Assembly (NCBI GenBank): GCA_902776365.1
Contig: CACYPU010000002.1
Coordinates: 131,180-195,179, forward strand
Direction: 5' to 3'
Length of the DNA stretch: 64,000 nt
Source: an uncultured Bacteroidota bacterium
Lineage (GTDB): Bacteria > Bacteroidota > Bacteroidia > Bacteroidales > P3
Positions 29,291 through 37,099 of this stretch are shown in pieces. The notes under the pieces were generated by a model. It saw only the letters and a list, made by a program, of their open reading frames with translations. It was not told where the DNA came from and ran no database searches. The position numbers and the translations under genes were made by a program. Positions within the stretch are counted from its first letter, which is position 1. Each line of letters starts with the position of its first letter.

Positions 29291-29686
29291 TTAAAAATAA
29301 TGAAACAGACCTTTGAGGAACTGTATGCCGCCGAAAAGTATTGCACCCCATGCAATGATATAAGTGCCACCGTCGGAGGCGTTGTTATAGGTGATCATGG
29401 TGACAATGATGCCACCAATGCACCAAAGTAATCCGAAAAGAATATCCTTTTGGGCGTTCCTTTTCTTATCGATGGCATCCCAGCGCTCTCTATCGGCTTC
29501 ACTGACCTGCCATGATTCCTCCTGTGTGTTATGAGAGAAACCGAGTTGCATAAAGGTGCACCACTCTCCATCGGGATTTGTAGTGATGGGAGTATCGTCA
29601 GGAATATTGAAATTTCCCATCTCTTCAGCGGAATATGGACCGTAGATTTCATTGCTCATTTTAACATAGTACAGATTGTTTTCCAT
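29291..29686 (-). CDS. GYF_2 (DUF4339) domain protein with C-terminal double-TM region
   Basis: N-terminal YYVKMSNEIYGPYSAEEMGNFNIPDDTPITT..GEWCTF and C-terminal hydrophobic helices. Confidence 0.7.
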   Translation of the reverse strand: MENNLYYVKMSNEIYGPYSAEEMGNFNIPDDTPITTNPDGEWCTFMQLGFSHNTQEESWQVSEADRERWDAIDKKRNAQKDILFGLLWCIGGIIVTMITYNNASDGGTYIIAWGAILFGGIQFLKGLFHYF

Positions 29687-29794
29687 GATATGTATTGTTA
29701 TTAGGTTTGTTGTTGTGTCTGTTCATATATAATTAGGAATTATTTACCAAGAATCTGACATGTTTTTTCCGTTTTGATTATTTTTTTTCAGGTG

Positions 29795-29802
29795 CAAATA
29801 TA
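29795..29802 (-). promoter_or_regulatory. -7 box TAnnTTTG
   Basis: Minus-strand TATATTTG about 110 nt upstream of 29686. Confidence 0.4.
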
Positions 29803-29909
29803 CATTTTTTTCCTTACATGGAGAAAAAAAAGATAGAATAGCGGAATTCAACTCCAAATGTGTGATGAAAAAATTCTTTCATCATAATAGAGATGATTTT
29901 AGATGTTCG

Positions 29910-30206
29910 TTAGAAACAGCAGGCGATATAGCCGAAACTCCAGGCGGTAAAATAGATGAGAAGGTAAGGCATATAGCCTGGGTTGTTTCTGGCGTTGCGG
30001 AAGAAAGCGGTAATGATAATGATGGTGGAGTATATAGTAAGCACCATTCCAGTGAAGAATAGAATGTAATAACCCAAGGAAGGACCTTCTATTAGAGTGA
30101 GGACGTCTTTCCTGAGACTTGTCTTTGAGAACAGGAAGGTGATGTTCAAAATGGTTGTTGTTATCACTAAAATGGGCGAAATGCTGTAATGTGTATTCAT
30201 TTTCAT
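29910..30206 (-). CDS. hypothetical small membrane protein
   Basis: 98-aa ORF with three hydrophobic segments. An alternative overlapping frame (29899..30282) looks less protein-like. No promoter was recognised. Confidence 0.35.
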   Translation of the reverse strand: MKMNTHYSISPILVITTTILNITFLFSKTSLRKDVLTLIEGPSLGYYILFFTGMVLTIYSTIIIITAFFRNARNNPGYMPYLLIYFTAWSFGYIACCF

Positions 30207-30364
30207 TTCTTTGTGTTTTTATTAATTGCTTGGGTGTTGACTTGGTACATAAAGATAGAGTGTTAAATGCGAGTTCTTTCATTTATACATAGGAATTAAT
30301 AAATAGGAATATGACAGTAGGAGAAAAAAAACTTTGAATTCAGTTTTATGTCGAAAAAAAAGTG

Positions 30365-30372
30365 TATCTTTG
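30365..30372 (+). promoter_or_regulatory. -7 box TAnnTTTG
   Basis: TATCTTTG lies 26 nt upstream of the ATG at 30398. Confidence 0.6.
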
Positions 30373-30397
30373 CAACTGAAATCAAAAGAATCAAACC

Positions 30398-30787
30398 ATG
30401 AAAAAGTCTTTGGGGCTAATTGTTGCGTTGTGTCTTGTGGCGATGTTGACGGCTGCGTGCAACCGCTATGAGGACAAGATTGTGGGCACGTGGAAGTTGG
30501 ATTATTGGATGACGTACAGCCAGTTCGGGTCGAATGGCGATGCTGTGGAGGATTGCTTTTTCACTTTCAACAAGGGTGGGAAAGGCTTTATGACGGCTCC
30601 GAGTAACGATGACGGCGACGTCTTGACCACCGAGTTCACCTACAGCATCGACGGCGACGACCTCCGCATGAGCCTGCGCGACTTCGAGCACAACACCATC
30701 GAGAAACTCGACGACAACAAGATGCTTCTCACCCAGTTGGCGGCCACGTCGAGCACCGAGTTCGGCTTCACGAAAATTAGGAATTAA
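30398..30787 (+). CDS. lipocalin-like small lipoprotein
   Basis: Lipobox LTAACN followed by IVGTWKLDYW. Confidence 0.75.
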   Translation: MKKSLGLIVALCLVAMLTAACNRYEDKIVGTWKLDYWMTYSQFGSNGDAVEDCFFTFNKGGKGFMTAPSNDDGDVLTTEFTYSIDGDDLRMSLRDFEHNTIEKLDDNKMLLTQLAATSSTEFGFTKIRN

Positions 30788-30809
30788 GAGATAATAGTGT
30801 GGTGCAACG

Positions 30810-30837
30810 AACCGCTAGCGGCTAATTGCTAGCGGTT
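30810..30837 (+). terminator. hairpin, weak T run
   Basis: 10-bp stem AACCGCTAGC/GCTAGCGGTT. Confidence 0.45.
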
Positions 30838-30872
30838 TAAGAAAATAATTTTGCCATGTTGGTGAAAAGTTG

Positions 30873-30880
30873 TACTTTTG
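30873..30880 (+). promoter_or_regulatory. -7 box TAnnTTTG for tRNA-Ser
   Basis: TACTTTTG lies 13 nt upstream of the tRNA 5' end. Confidence 0.65.
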
Positions 30881-30892
30881 CACCCGCTTTTT

Positions 30893-30977
30893 GGAGAGAT
30901 GGCAGAGCGGTCGATTGCGGCGGTCTTGAAAACCGTTGACCTGCGAGGGTCCGGGGGTTCGAATCCCTCTCTCTCCG
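30893..30977 (+). tRNA. tRNA-Ser (UGA)
   Basis: GGAGAGA TG GCAGAGCGGTCGATTGC GGCGGT CTTGAAA ACCGT, then a long variable arm, then GGGGG TTCGAAT CCCTC TCTCTCC G. Confidence 0.9.
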
Positions 30978-31030
30978 CCCAAAGTACAAACTCCCCGCCG
31001 CAGGGCAGGGGGGTAAAAAAACTAATCAAT

Positions 31031-31450
31031 ATGAAGAAAATGATGAAAGTTTTTGCGGCCATGTTCTGCGCCGCTATGGTTTTTGCCCTCACGGGCTGCT
31101 CGAAGGACATGGAAAAGGATATTGTGGGCACATGGAAAGTAACAGACGTGACGATGACCTGGTCTTACAACGGCCAGTCTTATACCGAAAGCGAGCCTAT
31201 CGAGGATGACTTGAGGCTCATTTTCAACGAGGACAAGACTTTCCAGGCCACCACAAATGGTGACGTTGAAGCCTCTGGTACATGGAGTCTCAAGGATGAC
31301 CAGCTCACGATGATTAATGACTCAGACGGCGACTTGGGCTTTGATACCGCTACGGTCAAAATCGACGGCAACTCCATGACGCTCACTGCAACTCAGACAG
31401 ACGGAGAGTCTATCTCGATGAAGATAGTCATGACGCTCCAAAAAGTCTGA
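31031..31450 (+). CDS. lipocalin-like small lipoprotein
   Basis: The start is trimmed to [23 protein letters not shown], because the longer track ORF overlaps tRNA-Ser. It has an [10 protein letters not shown] motif. Confidence 0.75.
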   Translation: MKKMMKVFAAMFCAAMVFALTGCSKDMEKDIVGTWKVTDVTMTWSYNGQSYTESEPIEDDLRLIFNEDKTFQATTNGDVEASGTWSLKDDQLTMINDSDGDLGFDTATVKIDGNSMTLTATQTDGESISMKIVMTLQKV

Positions 31451-31478
31451 CGCTCAAGCAACATAAACAATACTTAAT

Positions 31479-31511
31479 ATCGGTGCCCTTCGGTTGCGCC
31501 GATTTTTTTTT
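31479..31511 (+). terminator. intrinsic terminator
   Basis: Stem ATCGGTGC/GCGCCGAT followed by T9. Confidence 0.7.
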
Positions 31512-31586
31512 GCAAAAGTGTTTTGTCTATATAATAAAAGGGATTTCATTGCGTTACTCTTACGTTTTTTATAATTATCCAACAAG

Positions 31587-32861
31587 ATGCTACAACTGCA
31601 ATATATAAAGGATCATCGTGAGGAGTGTATCTCCCGTTTGAAAATCAAGAATGTGGCCGACGTGGAGGCCCGCATCGCCGAAATCCTGGAGCTCGACGCC
31701 CAGCGCCGCGCCCTCCAGGTGAAGGCCGACGCCGTCAAGGCCGAGCAGAACCGCATTGCCAAAGAGATTGGCATGCTGATGAAGCAGGGCAAGAAGGACG
31801 AGGCCGAACAGGCCAAAGCCCGCACCGCCCAGCTCAAGGGTGAGGAGAAGGCCCTCGGCGAGGAGCAGGCTGCCACCGAGAAGACCCTCAACGAGAAGCT
31901 CATCTCGCTGCCCAACGCGCCCCATATCTCCGTGCCTTGCGGCAAGAGCGAGGCCGACAACGTCGTCGTCGCCGAATACGGCGTCAAGCCCGACCTGCCC
32001 GCCGACGCGCTGCCCCACTGGGACCTCTGCGCCAAATACGACATCATTGACTTCGAGCTGGGCAACAAGGTGACCGGTGCCGGCTTCCCCTTCTACAAGG
32101 GCAAGGGTGCCCGCCTGCAGCGCGCCCTCATCAATTTCTTCCTCAACGAGGCCGCCGATGCCGGCTTCGTGGAGATACAGCCGCCGCTGATGGTCAACGA
32201 GGCTTCGGGCCTCGGCACCGGCCAGCTGCCCGACAAGGAGGGACAGATGTACGCCATCCCGCTCGACGGCTTCTATATGATTCCCACCGCCGAGGTGCCC
32301 ATCACCAACATCTTCCGCGGCGAGGTGGTTGACCCGAGGCAGCTGCCCATCAAGCGCGTGGGTTACAGCGAGTGCTTCCGCCGCGAGGCCGGCAGCTACG
32401 GCAAGGACGTCCGCGGCCTCAACCGCCTGCACGAGTTCTCGAAGGTCGAAATCGTCGTCATCGAACACCCCGACCGCTCCTACGACATGCTCGAGGAGAT
32501 GAAACGCCACGTGGGAGGCCTGCTCGACAAACTCGGCCTGCCCTACCATATCCTCAAACTCTGCGGTGGCGATATCAGCTTCACCTCCGCCATGACCTTT
32601 GACTTCGAGGTGTGGAGCGCCGCGCAGAAACGCTGGCTCGAGGTGAGCTCGGTCTCCAACTTCGAGACCTTCCAAGCCAACCGTATGAAGCTGCGCTTCA
32701 AGGACGAGAACGGCAAGATGCAGCTCTGCCACACCCTCAACGGCTCGGCTCTGGCCTTGCCGCGCATCGTCGCCGCCCTGCTGGAGAACAACCAGACACC
32801 CGACGGCATCACGATGCCCGAGTGCCTGCGTCCCTATCTCGGATTCGACAAGATTTCGTAA
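31587..32861 (+). CDS. serS: serine--tRNA ligase
   Basis: 424 aa with an N-terminal coiled-coil arm and class II core motifs (..FRREAGS.., ..TLNGSALA..PRIVAALLEN). Confidence 0.95.
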   Translation: MLQLQYIKDHREECISRLKIKNVADVEARIAEILELDAQRRALQVKADAVKAEQNRIAKEIGMLMKQGKKDEAEQAKARTAQLKGEEKALGEEQAATEKTLNEKLISLPNAPHISVPCGKSEADNVVVAEYGVKPDLPADALPHWDLCAKYDIIDFELGNKVTGAGFPFYKGKGARLQRALINFFLNEAADAGFVEIQPPLMVNEASGLGTGQLPDKEGQMYAIPLDGFYMIPTAEVPITNIFRGEVVDPRQLPIKRVGYSECFRREAGSYGKDVRGLNRLHEFSKVEIVVIEHPDRSYDMLEEMKRHVGGLLDKLGLPYHILKLCGGDISFTSAMTFDFEVWSAAQKRWLEVSSVSNFETFQANRMKLRFKDENGKMQLCHTLNGSALALPRIVAALLENNQTPDGITMPECLRPYLGFDKIS

Positions 32862-32873
32862 AAACAATACCCT

Positions 32874-33362
32874 TTGGAATCAAACAACAGCGAGACTTCC
32901 CATTCGCCCAACAAACACACCTATCGTTTGTTGGGCGAATCGGGTTTGGTGGAAGACGAGGAGGGCAATCTCTACAATGCCGACCTCTCCGACCTCTACT
33001 CGCTGCCGAAGGAGCCACTCCCTGAGCCCTTATGGCAGCCCGAAACTTCTGGCAAGACGCCACCTTCCTATTGGGATTACGACCCACGCTACTGCGGTCC
33101 CGACCCCGATGCCTATCTGGAGGAGCGCTGGAAGCAATACCAGGCCAAAGCCTCGCACAATTCCGACGGGGCCCAATCCTCTGTAAAGGAGACTCCGGCC
33201 GATGCGGCACAGGACTCGCCTCAGGAGGATTGCCAGCCTCGTGGAGGACTCCATCTCCCCATACGCACCATTGTTTTCTTGATTATTGGTGCAATAGCCT
33301 TTACGGTTTACTTCATTATTTTGATAATCAGTCTTGTGAAGCAGTTGGGTCGATTGTTTTAA
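32874..33362 (+). CDS. hypothetical tail-anchored membrane protein
   Basis: 162 aa, acidic and Pro-rich, with a C-terminal TM (IVFLIIGAIAFTVYFIILIISLV). It starts 12 nt after serS. Confidence 0.5.
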   Translation: MESNNSETSHSPNKHTYRLLGESGLVEDEEGNLYNADLSDLYSLPKEPLPEPLWQPETSGKTPPSYWDYDPRYCGPDPDAYLEERWKQYQAKASHNSDGAQSSVKETPADAAQDSPQEDCQPRGGLHLPIRTIVFLIIGAIAFTVYFIILIISLVKQLGRLF

Positions 33363-33400
33363 GCACTTCGGGTACCCTGTACGGGCCAGAGGTTCATATC

Positions 33401-33477
33401 AACCATATTTCGACCATATTTCTACCATTGTTCTTCCATTTAAATGAAAGAACAATGGAAGAACAATGGAAGAACAG
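33401..33477. repeat. seven 11-bp units with dyad symmetry
   Basis: AACCATATTTC GACCATATTTC TACCATTGTTC TTCCATTTAAA TGAAAGAACAA TGGAAGAACAA TGGAAGAACAG. The arms are inverted about position 33441. Confidence 0.85.
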
Positions 33478-33520
33478 AGGTTGATGTGCTTAAGGATGAG
33501 GGGGGTATGGGGATAAGAAA

Positions 33521-33562
33521 AATCAGGCTGGCGCTTGGGGGGCGTCAGCCTGATTTTTTTTG
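33521..33562 (+). terminator. intrinsic terminator
   Basis: Stem AATCAGGCTG/CAGCCTGATT followed by T8. Confidence 0.75.
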
Positions 33563-33580
33563 GTTTTGATTTTCAACTTG

Positions 33581-34324
33581 TTAGAAGTGGAAGCCGATGC
33601 GGAGCATGAGGCTGCCGACGGAGCGGCGCTGGCGGCCCATGCCGGCGGCATCGTTGACGGCTACTTGTGCTTGGGCAGCCGCATTGTCGTCGAGGGTGCC
33701 CTGGGTGTAGTCGATGTTGTGGGTGCCGAGGCCGTAGTAGTGGAGTCCTACGCTGACGTGCTCGCCGAAGTAGGCGCCGGCGCCGATTTGCCATGCGAAG
33801 GCGAAGGTGGACTTGTAGGAGAGCTTGATGTTGTCGCTGGAGCCTTCGGAGGTGATCCAGAAGAGGTCGGTGCCGATAGCGAATTCGGCGAAGGCTGAGA
33901 TGTCGTTCCAGGGGAGTTCGTCATAGATGTAGCTGACGCCGCCCATGAATGGGATGTTGAAGTAGGTGGGAGAGCTCATGTAGGCGTCGCTGTATTTGTC
34001 GCTCCATTTGCCGGAGATGGTGTTCCAGAGGAAGTCGATGTTGGCGTAGGGTGCCACGAGGCCGACGCCGACGTCGAAGCGGTAGCTGACGCGGTAGCCG
34101 AGGCCGAAGCCGAGGGTGGCGTCTTTACCGATCTGCTCATAGGTCAGAGGCACGCCGGTGTTGTAGGCAGCAATCAGGGTGGGGCCGTTGCTGGCGTCGG
34201 AGGCGAAGTCGCCGGTGGGGATGTTGCCGTTGAGGTAGACGCTCTGGCGGAACTGGGCGTTGGCGGCGGTGCCGATGCCGATGAGCATGGCGCCGAGGCA
34301 GAGAACTTTTACTATTTTCTTCAT
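33581..34324 (-). CDS. outer-membrane beta-barrel protein (porin-like)
   Basis: 247 aa with a signal peptide (..GTAANAQ), a C-terminal ..MLRIGFHF and alternating strands. Confidence 0.7.
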   Translation of the reverse strand: MKKIVKVLCLGAMLIGIGTAANAQFRQSVYLNGNIPTGDFASDASNGPTLIAAYNTGVPLTYEQIGKDATLGFGLGYRVSYRFDVGVGLVAPYANIDFLWNTISGKWSDKYSDAYMSSPTYFNIPFMGGVSYIYDELPWNDISAFAEFAIGTDLFWITSEGSSDNIKLSYKSTFAFAWQIGAGAYFGEHVSVGLHYYGLGTHNIDYTQGTLDDNAAAQAQVAVNDAAGMGRQRRSVGSLMLRIGFHF

Positions 34325-34342
34325 GGTGTTATGTTTTTTTGA

Positions 34343-35074
34343 TTATTTGTCTGTTTTTTTCTTGCGGCCGCGTTTCAGGGGGACGCTGTTTTTGGCTTTG
34401 ATATTGCTTTTGGCTTTGGTATTGGTCTTGGTTTTGGTTTTGTTTTTTGTTTTGGAGGGTTTGACCATTTCTTCCTCGGGGATGGTGGCGTCGAGTGGTG
34501 GGTTTTCGGCCTCGAAGTATTCGGCCTCGATGCCGCGGATGTCGTCGTCGGTGGGTTCGAAGTCGTCGTCGGAGGGTTCGTCGTCCTCGTCGGTTTTCTC
34601 GTAGCTGTCGAGTTCTTCGACGTCGTCGTCGTCGCCCAGGGCGGCGCGAATTTCCTCTTTGTTGATGCCGAGGGTGAGTTTTTTCTTTCGTTTTTCGTCG
34701 TCCTCGAGGTTGGTTTCGAAGTCGCCGTGGCGCAGGACGCGTTCTTTGTGTGAGGGGTCGACTTCTTCTTTTTCGAGGGCTTCGCTGATGGGTGCGAATT
34801 CGTCTTCCTTGCCGTTGTCATCCTCGTCGTCGAAGAGTGCTTTGTCGAGGTCTTCGCCGAGGGTGTCAATGACGACTTCGAATTTGACCATGTAGTTGGT
34901 GTCTGGGGTCTCGAAGGGGACGACAAAAATAGTGTCGCCGTTGGGCTTGGTGAAGCGTTGGAGGTGGTCGTTGTATCCGTCGGGATAAGCTTCTTTGAAC
35001 TTTTCCTTGAGGTTATCGGAAAGGTTCTTATAGCTGACTATCAGGTTGTTTTTGCGTTTTTTGGTAGCTGTCAT
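34343..35074 (-). CDS. hypothetical highly acidic protein with Lys-rich C-terminal tail
   Basis: The start is trimmed to MTATKKRKNN. It has long D/E runs and then ..KTKNKTKTKTNTKAKSNIKAKNSVPLKRGRKKKTDK. Confidence 0.6.
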   Translation of the reverse strand: MTATKKRKNNLIVSYKNLSDNLKEKFKEAYPDGYNDHLQRFTKPNGDTIFVVPFETPDTNYMVKFEVVIDTLGEDLDKALFDDEDDNGKEDEFAPISEALEKEEVDPSHKERVLRHGDFETNLEDDEKRKKKLTLGINKEEIRAALGDDDDVEELDSYEKTDEDDEPSDDDFEPTDDDIRGIEAEYFEAENPPLDATIPEEEMVKPSKTKNKTKTKTNTKAKSNIKAKNSVPLKRGRKKKTDK

Positions 35075-35130
35075 AGTTGTTGGAATTTGGTGCAATAATA
35101 GGAAGTTATTTTGATATAGCAAAATTTTTT

Positions 35131-37059
35131 TTAACCGACCACGATAGATTCATCGTCTTCGATGCGTAGGTTGCTCATAATGAATTCGCGTCGTTCGAGG
35201 GTGTTCTCGCCCATGTAGAAGGAGAGGACGCCTTTGGTGTCGAAGTCTTTGTGGAGTAACACGGGGTCGAGGCGCATGTCTTTGCCGATGAAGTTCTTGA
35301 ATTCGTCGGGAGAGATTTCGCCGAGGCCTTTGAATCGGGTGATTTCGGCCTTGGGAGTGTCGTGGATGGCGGCGATGCGTTCGTCGTCGGTGTAGCAGTA
35401 GGTGGTTTTCTGTTTGTTGCGTACGCGGAAGAGTGGAGTCTGGAGGATGTAGACGTGGCCTGTCTGGATGAGTTCGGGGTAGAAGCGGAGGAAGAAGGTG
35501 AGGAGGAGTAGACGAATGTGCATGCCGTCGACATCGGCATCGGTGGCGATGACGACGTTGTTGTAGCGAAGGTTTTCGATGCCGTCGTCGATGTCGAGGG
35601 CGTTGTGGAGTAGGTTAAGTTCCTCGTTCTTGTAGACGTCGACTTTGGAGATGGAGTAGGTGTTCTTGGGTTTTCCGCGGAGGGAGAAGACGGCCTGGGT
35701 GTCGACATCGCGAGATTTTGTAATGGAGCCGGAGGCGGAGTCGCCCTCGGTGATGAAGATGGTGCTTTCGAGTCGTCGGGCGTGGTTGGTGTTGTAGTGG
35801 ACGTGGCAGTCGCGGAGCTTGCGGTTGTTGAGGGAGGCTTTCTTGCCGGCTTCGCGAGCCACCTTCTTGATGCCTGCTATCTCTTTGCGTTCCTTTTCGT
35901 TGGCGTTGATTTTAGCGAGTAGGGCGTCGGCGGTTTCGGAGTGCATGTGGAGGTAGTTGTCGAGGTTGCGCTTGAGGATGTCGAGGACGTAGGTTTTGAG
36001 GAGTGGCGAGTCGTTGGAGCCGTCGACCTTGTTGGGTTCGAGGTGTGTGGAGCCGAGCTTGGTTTTTGTTTGAGCCTCGAAGACGGGTTCTTGGATGCGG
36101 ACGCAGAGGGCGCAGACGAGTCCCTGTCGGATGACTTCAGGGGAGTAGTCTTTCTTGATGAAGTCCTTGACGACGCGTGCGTAGGCTTCGCGGAAGGCGC
36201 TCTGGTGAGTGCCGCCCTCGGTGGTGTGCTGGCCGTTGACGAAGGAGTAGTAGTAGTCGTTGGATTGGCCGTTGACGTGGGTGAAGGCGGCTTCGAAGTC
36301 GCCCTCTTTGATGTGGATGATGGGGTAGAGGGGGTCGGACTGGAGGTTGTTCTCGAGGAGGTCGAGGAGTCCGTTCTTGGAGTAGTAGCGGCGGTCGTTG
36401 TAGTACATGGTGAGGCCGCGGTTGAGGTAGCAGTAGTTCCAGATGCGGCGTTCGACGTATTCGGAGATGAAGTGGTAGTTGCCGAAGAGCTTGCTGTCGG
36501 GGATGAACTCAACCAATGTGCCATTGGTTGAGTCAGTGGGTAGTGGGTGGTGGGTAGTGGGTAGTATTTCTGTAATGCCACTGTCGTTGGTGAGTTTGCC
36601 TTCGGAGAATTCGGCGATGCGGGTTTTGCCGTCGCGGATGGCTTGCACTTTGAAATAGCTGCTGAGGGCGTTGACGGCCTTGGTGCCCACGCCGTTGAGG
36701 CCCACGGACTTCTGGAAGACTTTGCTGTCGTATTTGGCTCCGGTGTTGAGTTTGCTGACGGCTTCGACGAGTTTGCCGAGTGGGATTCCGCGGCCGTAGT
36801 CGCGGATGGAGACCTTGCGTTCGGCGAAGTTGATTTTCACTTCGATTTTCTTGCCGAAGCCAGAGGTGAATTCGTCGATGGCATTGTCGATGACCTCTTT
36901 GATGAGGACGTAGATGCCGTCGTCGTGTGAGGAGCCGTCGCCGAGTTTGCCGATATACATACCGGGACGGAGGCGGATGTGTTCCATGTCCTCGAGGTGG
37001 ACGATGGAGTCGTCGTTGTAGTCGATGGGATTGGTGTTGAGTAGGTCTGTTTGCTCCAT
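35131..37059 (-). CDS. parE: DNA topoisomerase IV subunit B
   Basis: GHKL ATPase motifs ([15 protein letters not shown]) and Toprim motifs ([17 protein letters not shown]). The N-terminus is Bacteroidota ParE-like rather than GyrB-like. Confidence 0.85.
   Translation of the reverse strand: MEQTDLLNTNPIDYNDDSIVHLEDMEHIRLRPGMYIGKLGDGSSHDDGIYVLIKEVIDNAIDEFTSGFGKKIEVKINFAERKVSIRDYGRGIPLGKLVEAVSKLNTGAKYDSKVFQKSVGLNGVGTKAVNALSSYFKVQAIRDGKTRIAEFSEGKLTNDSGITEILPTTHHPLPTDSTNGTLVEFIPDSKLFGNYHFISEYVERRIWNYCYLNRGLTMYYNDRRYYSKNGLLDLLENNLQSDPLYPIIHIKEGDFEAAFTHVNGQSNDYYYSFVNGQHTTEGGTHQSAFREAYARVVKDFIKKDYSPEVIRQGLVCALCVRIQEPVFEAQTKTKLGSTHLEPNKVDGSNDSPLLKTYVLDILKRNLDNYLHMHSETADALLAKINANEKERKEIAGIKKVAREAGKKASLNNRKLRDCHVHYNTNHARRLESTIFITEGDSASGSITKSRDVDTQAVFSLRGKPKNTYSISKVDVYKNEELNLLHNALDIDDGIENLRYNNVVIATDADVDGMHIRLLLLTFFLRFYPELIQTGHVYILQTPLFRVRNKQKTTYCYTDDERIAAIHDTPKAEITRFKGLGEISPDEFKNFIGKDMRLDPVLLHKDFDTKGVLSFYMGENTLERREFIMSNLRIEDDESIVVG
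36534..36568. repeat. TAGTGGG-family heptanucleotide array inside parE
   Basis: CAGTGGG TAGTGGG TGGTGGG TAGTGGG TAGTATT, translated as [13 protein letters not shown]. Confidence 0.9.
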
Positions 37060-37064
37060 GATAT

Positions 37065-37099
37065 CAGTGTTCAGTGTTTAGTGGGTAGTTGATTATTCT
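37065..37099. repeat. heptanucleotide array filling the parE/upstream-gene gap
   Basis: CAGTGTT CAGTGTT TAGTGGG TAGTTGA TTATTCT. Confidence 0.85.

Noticed and set aside
29899-30282. 127-aa alternative ORF overlapping 29910..30206
   Set aside because: It has odd His/Arg/Leu-rich composition. The 98-aa frame has clearer TM helices, though neither is strongly supported.
24959-30977. AT-rich block as an integrative element inserted at tRNA-Ser
   Set aside because: There is no integrase or recombinase and no direct repeat of the tRNA 3' end by eye. A GC-normal lipoprotein gene also separates the block from the tRNA. I keep it only as a compositional island.
30878-31030. N-terminal extension of track ORF 30878..31450
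   Set aside because: The extension is the translated tRNA-Ser gene. The real start is the ATG at 31031, which gives a lipoprotein signal peptide.
31590-32867. 425-aa minus-strand ORF antisense to serS
   Set aside because: It has the same span as serS, low-complexity G/A/L/E/V-rich composition and no start context. It is a shadow ORF.
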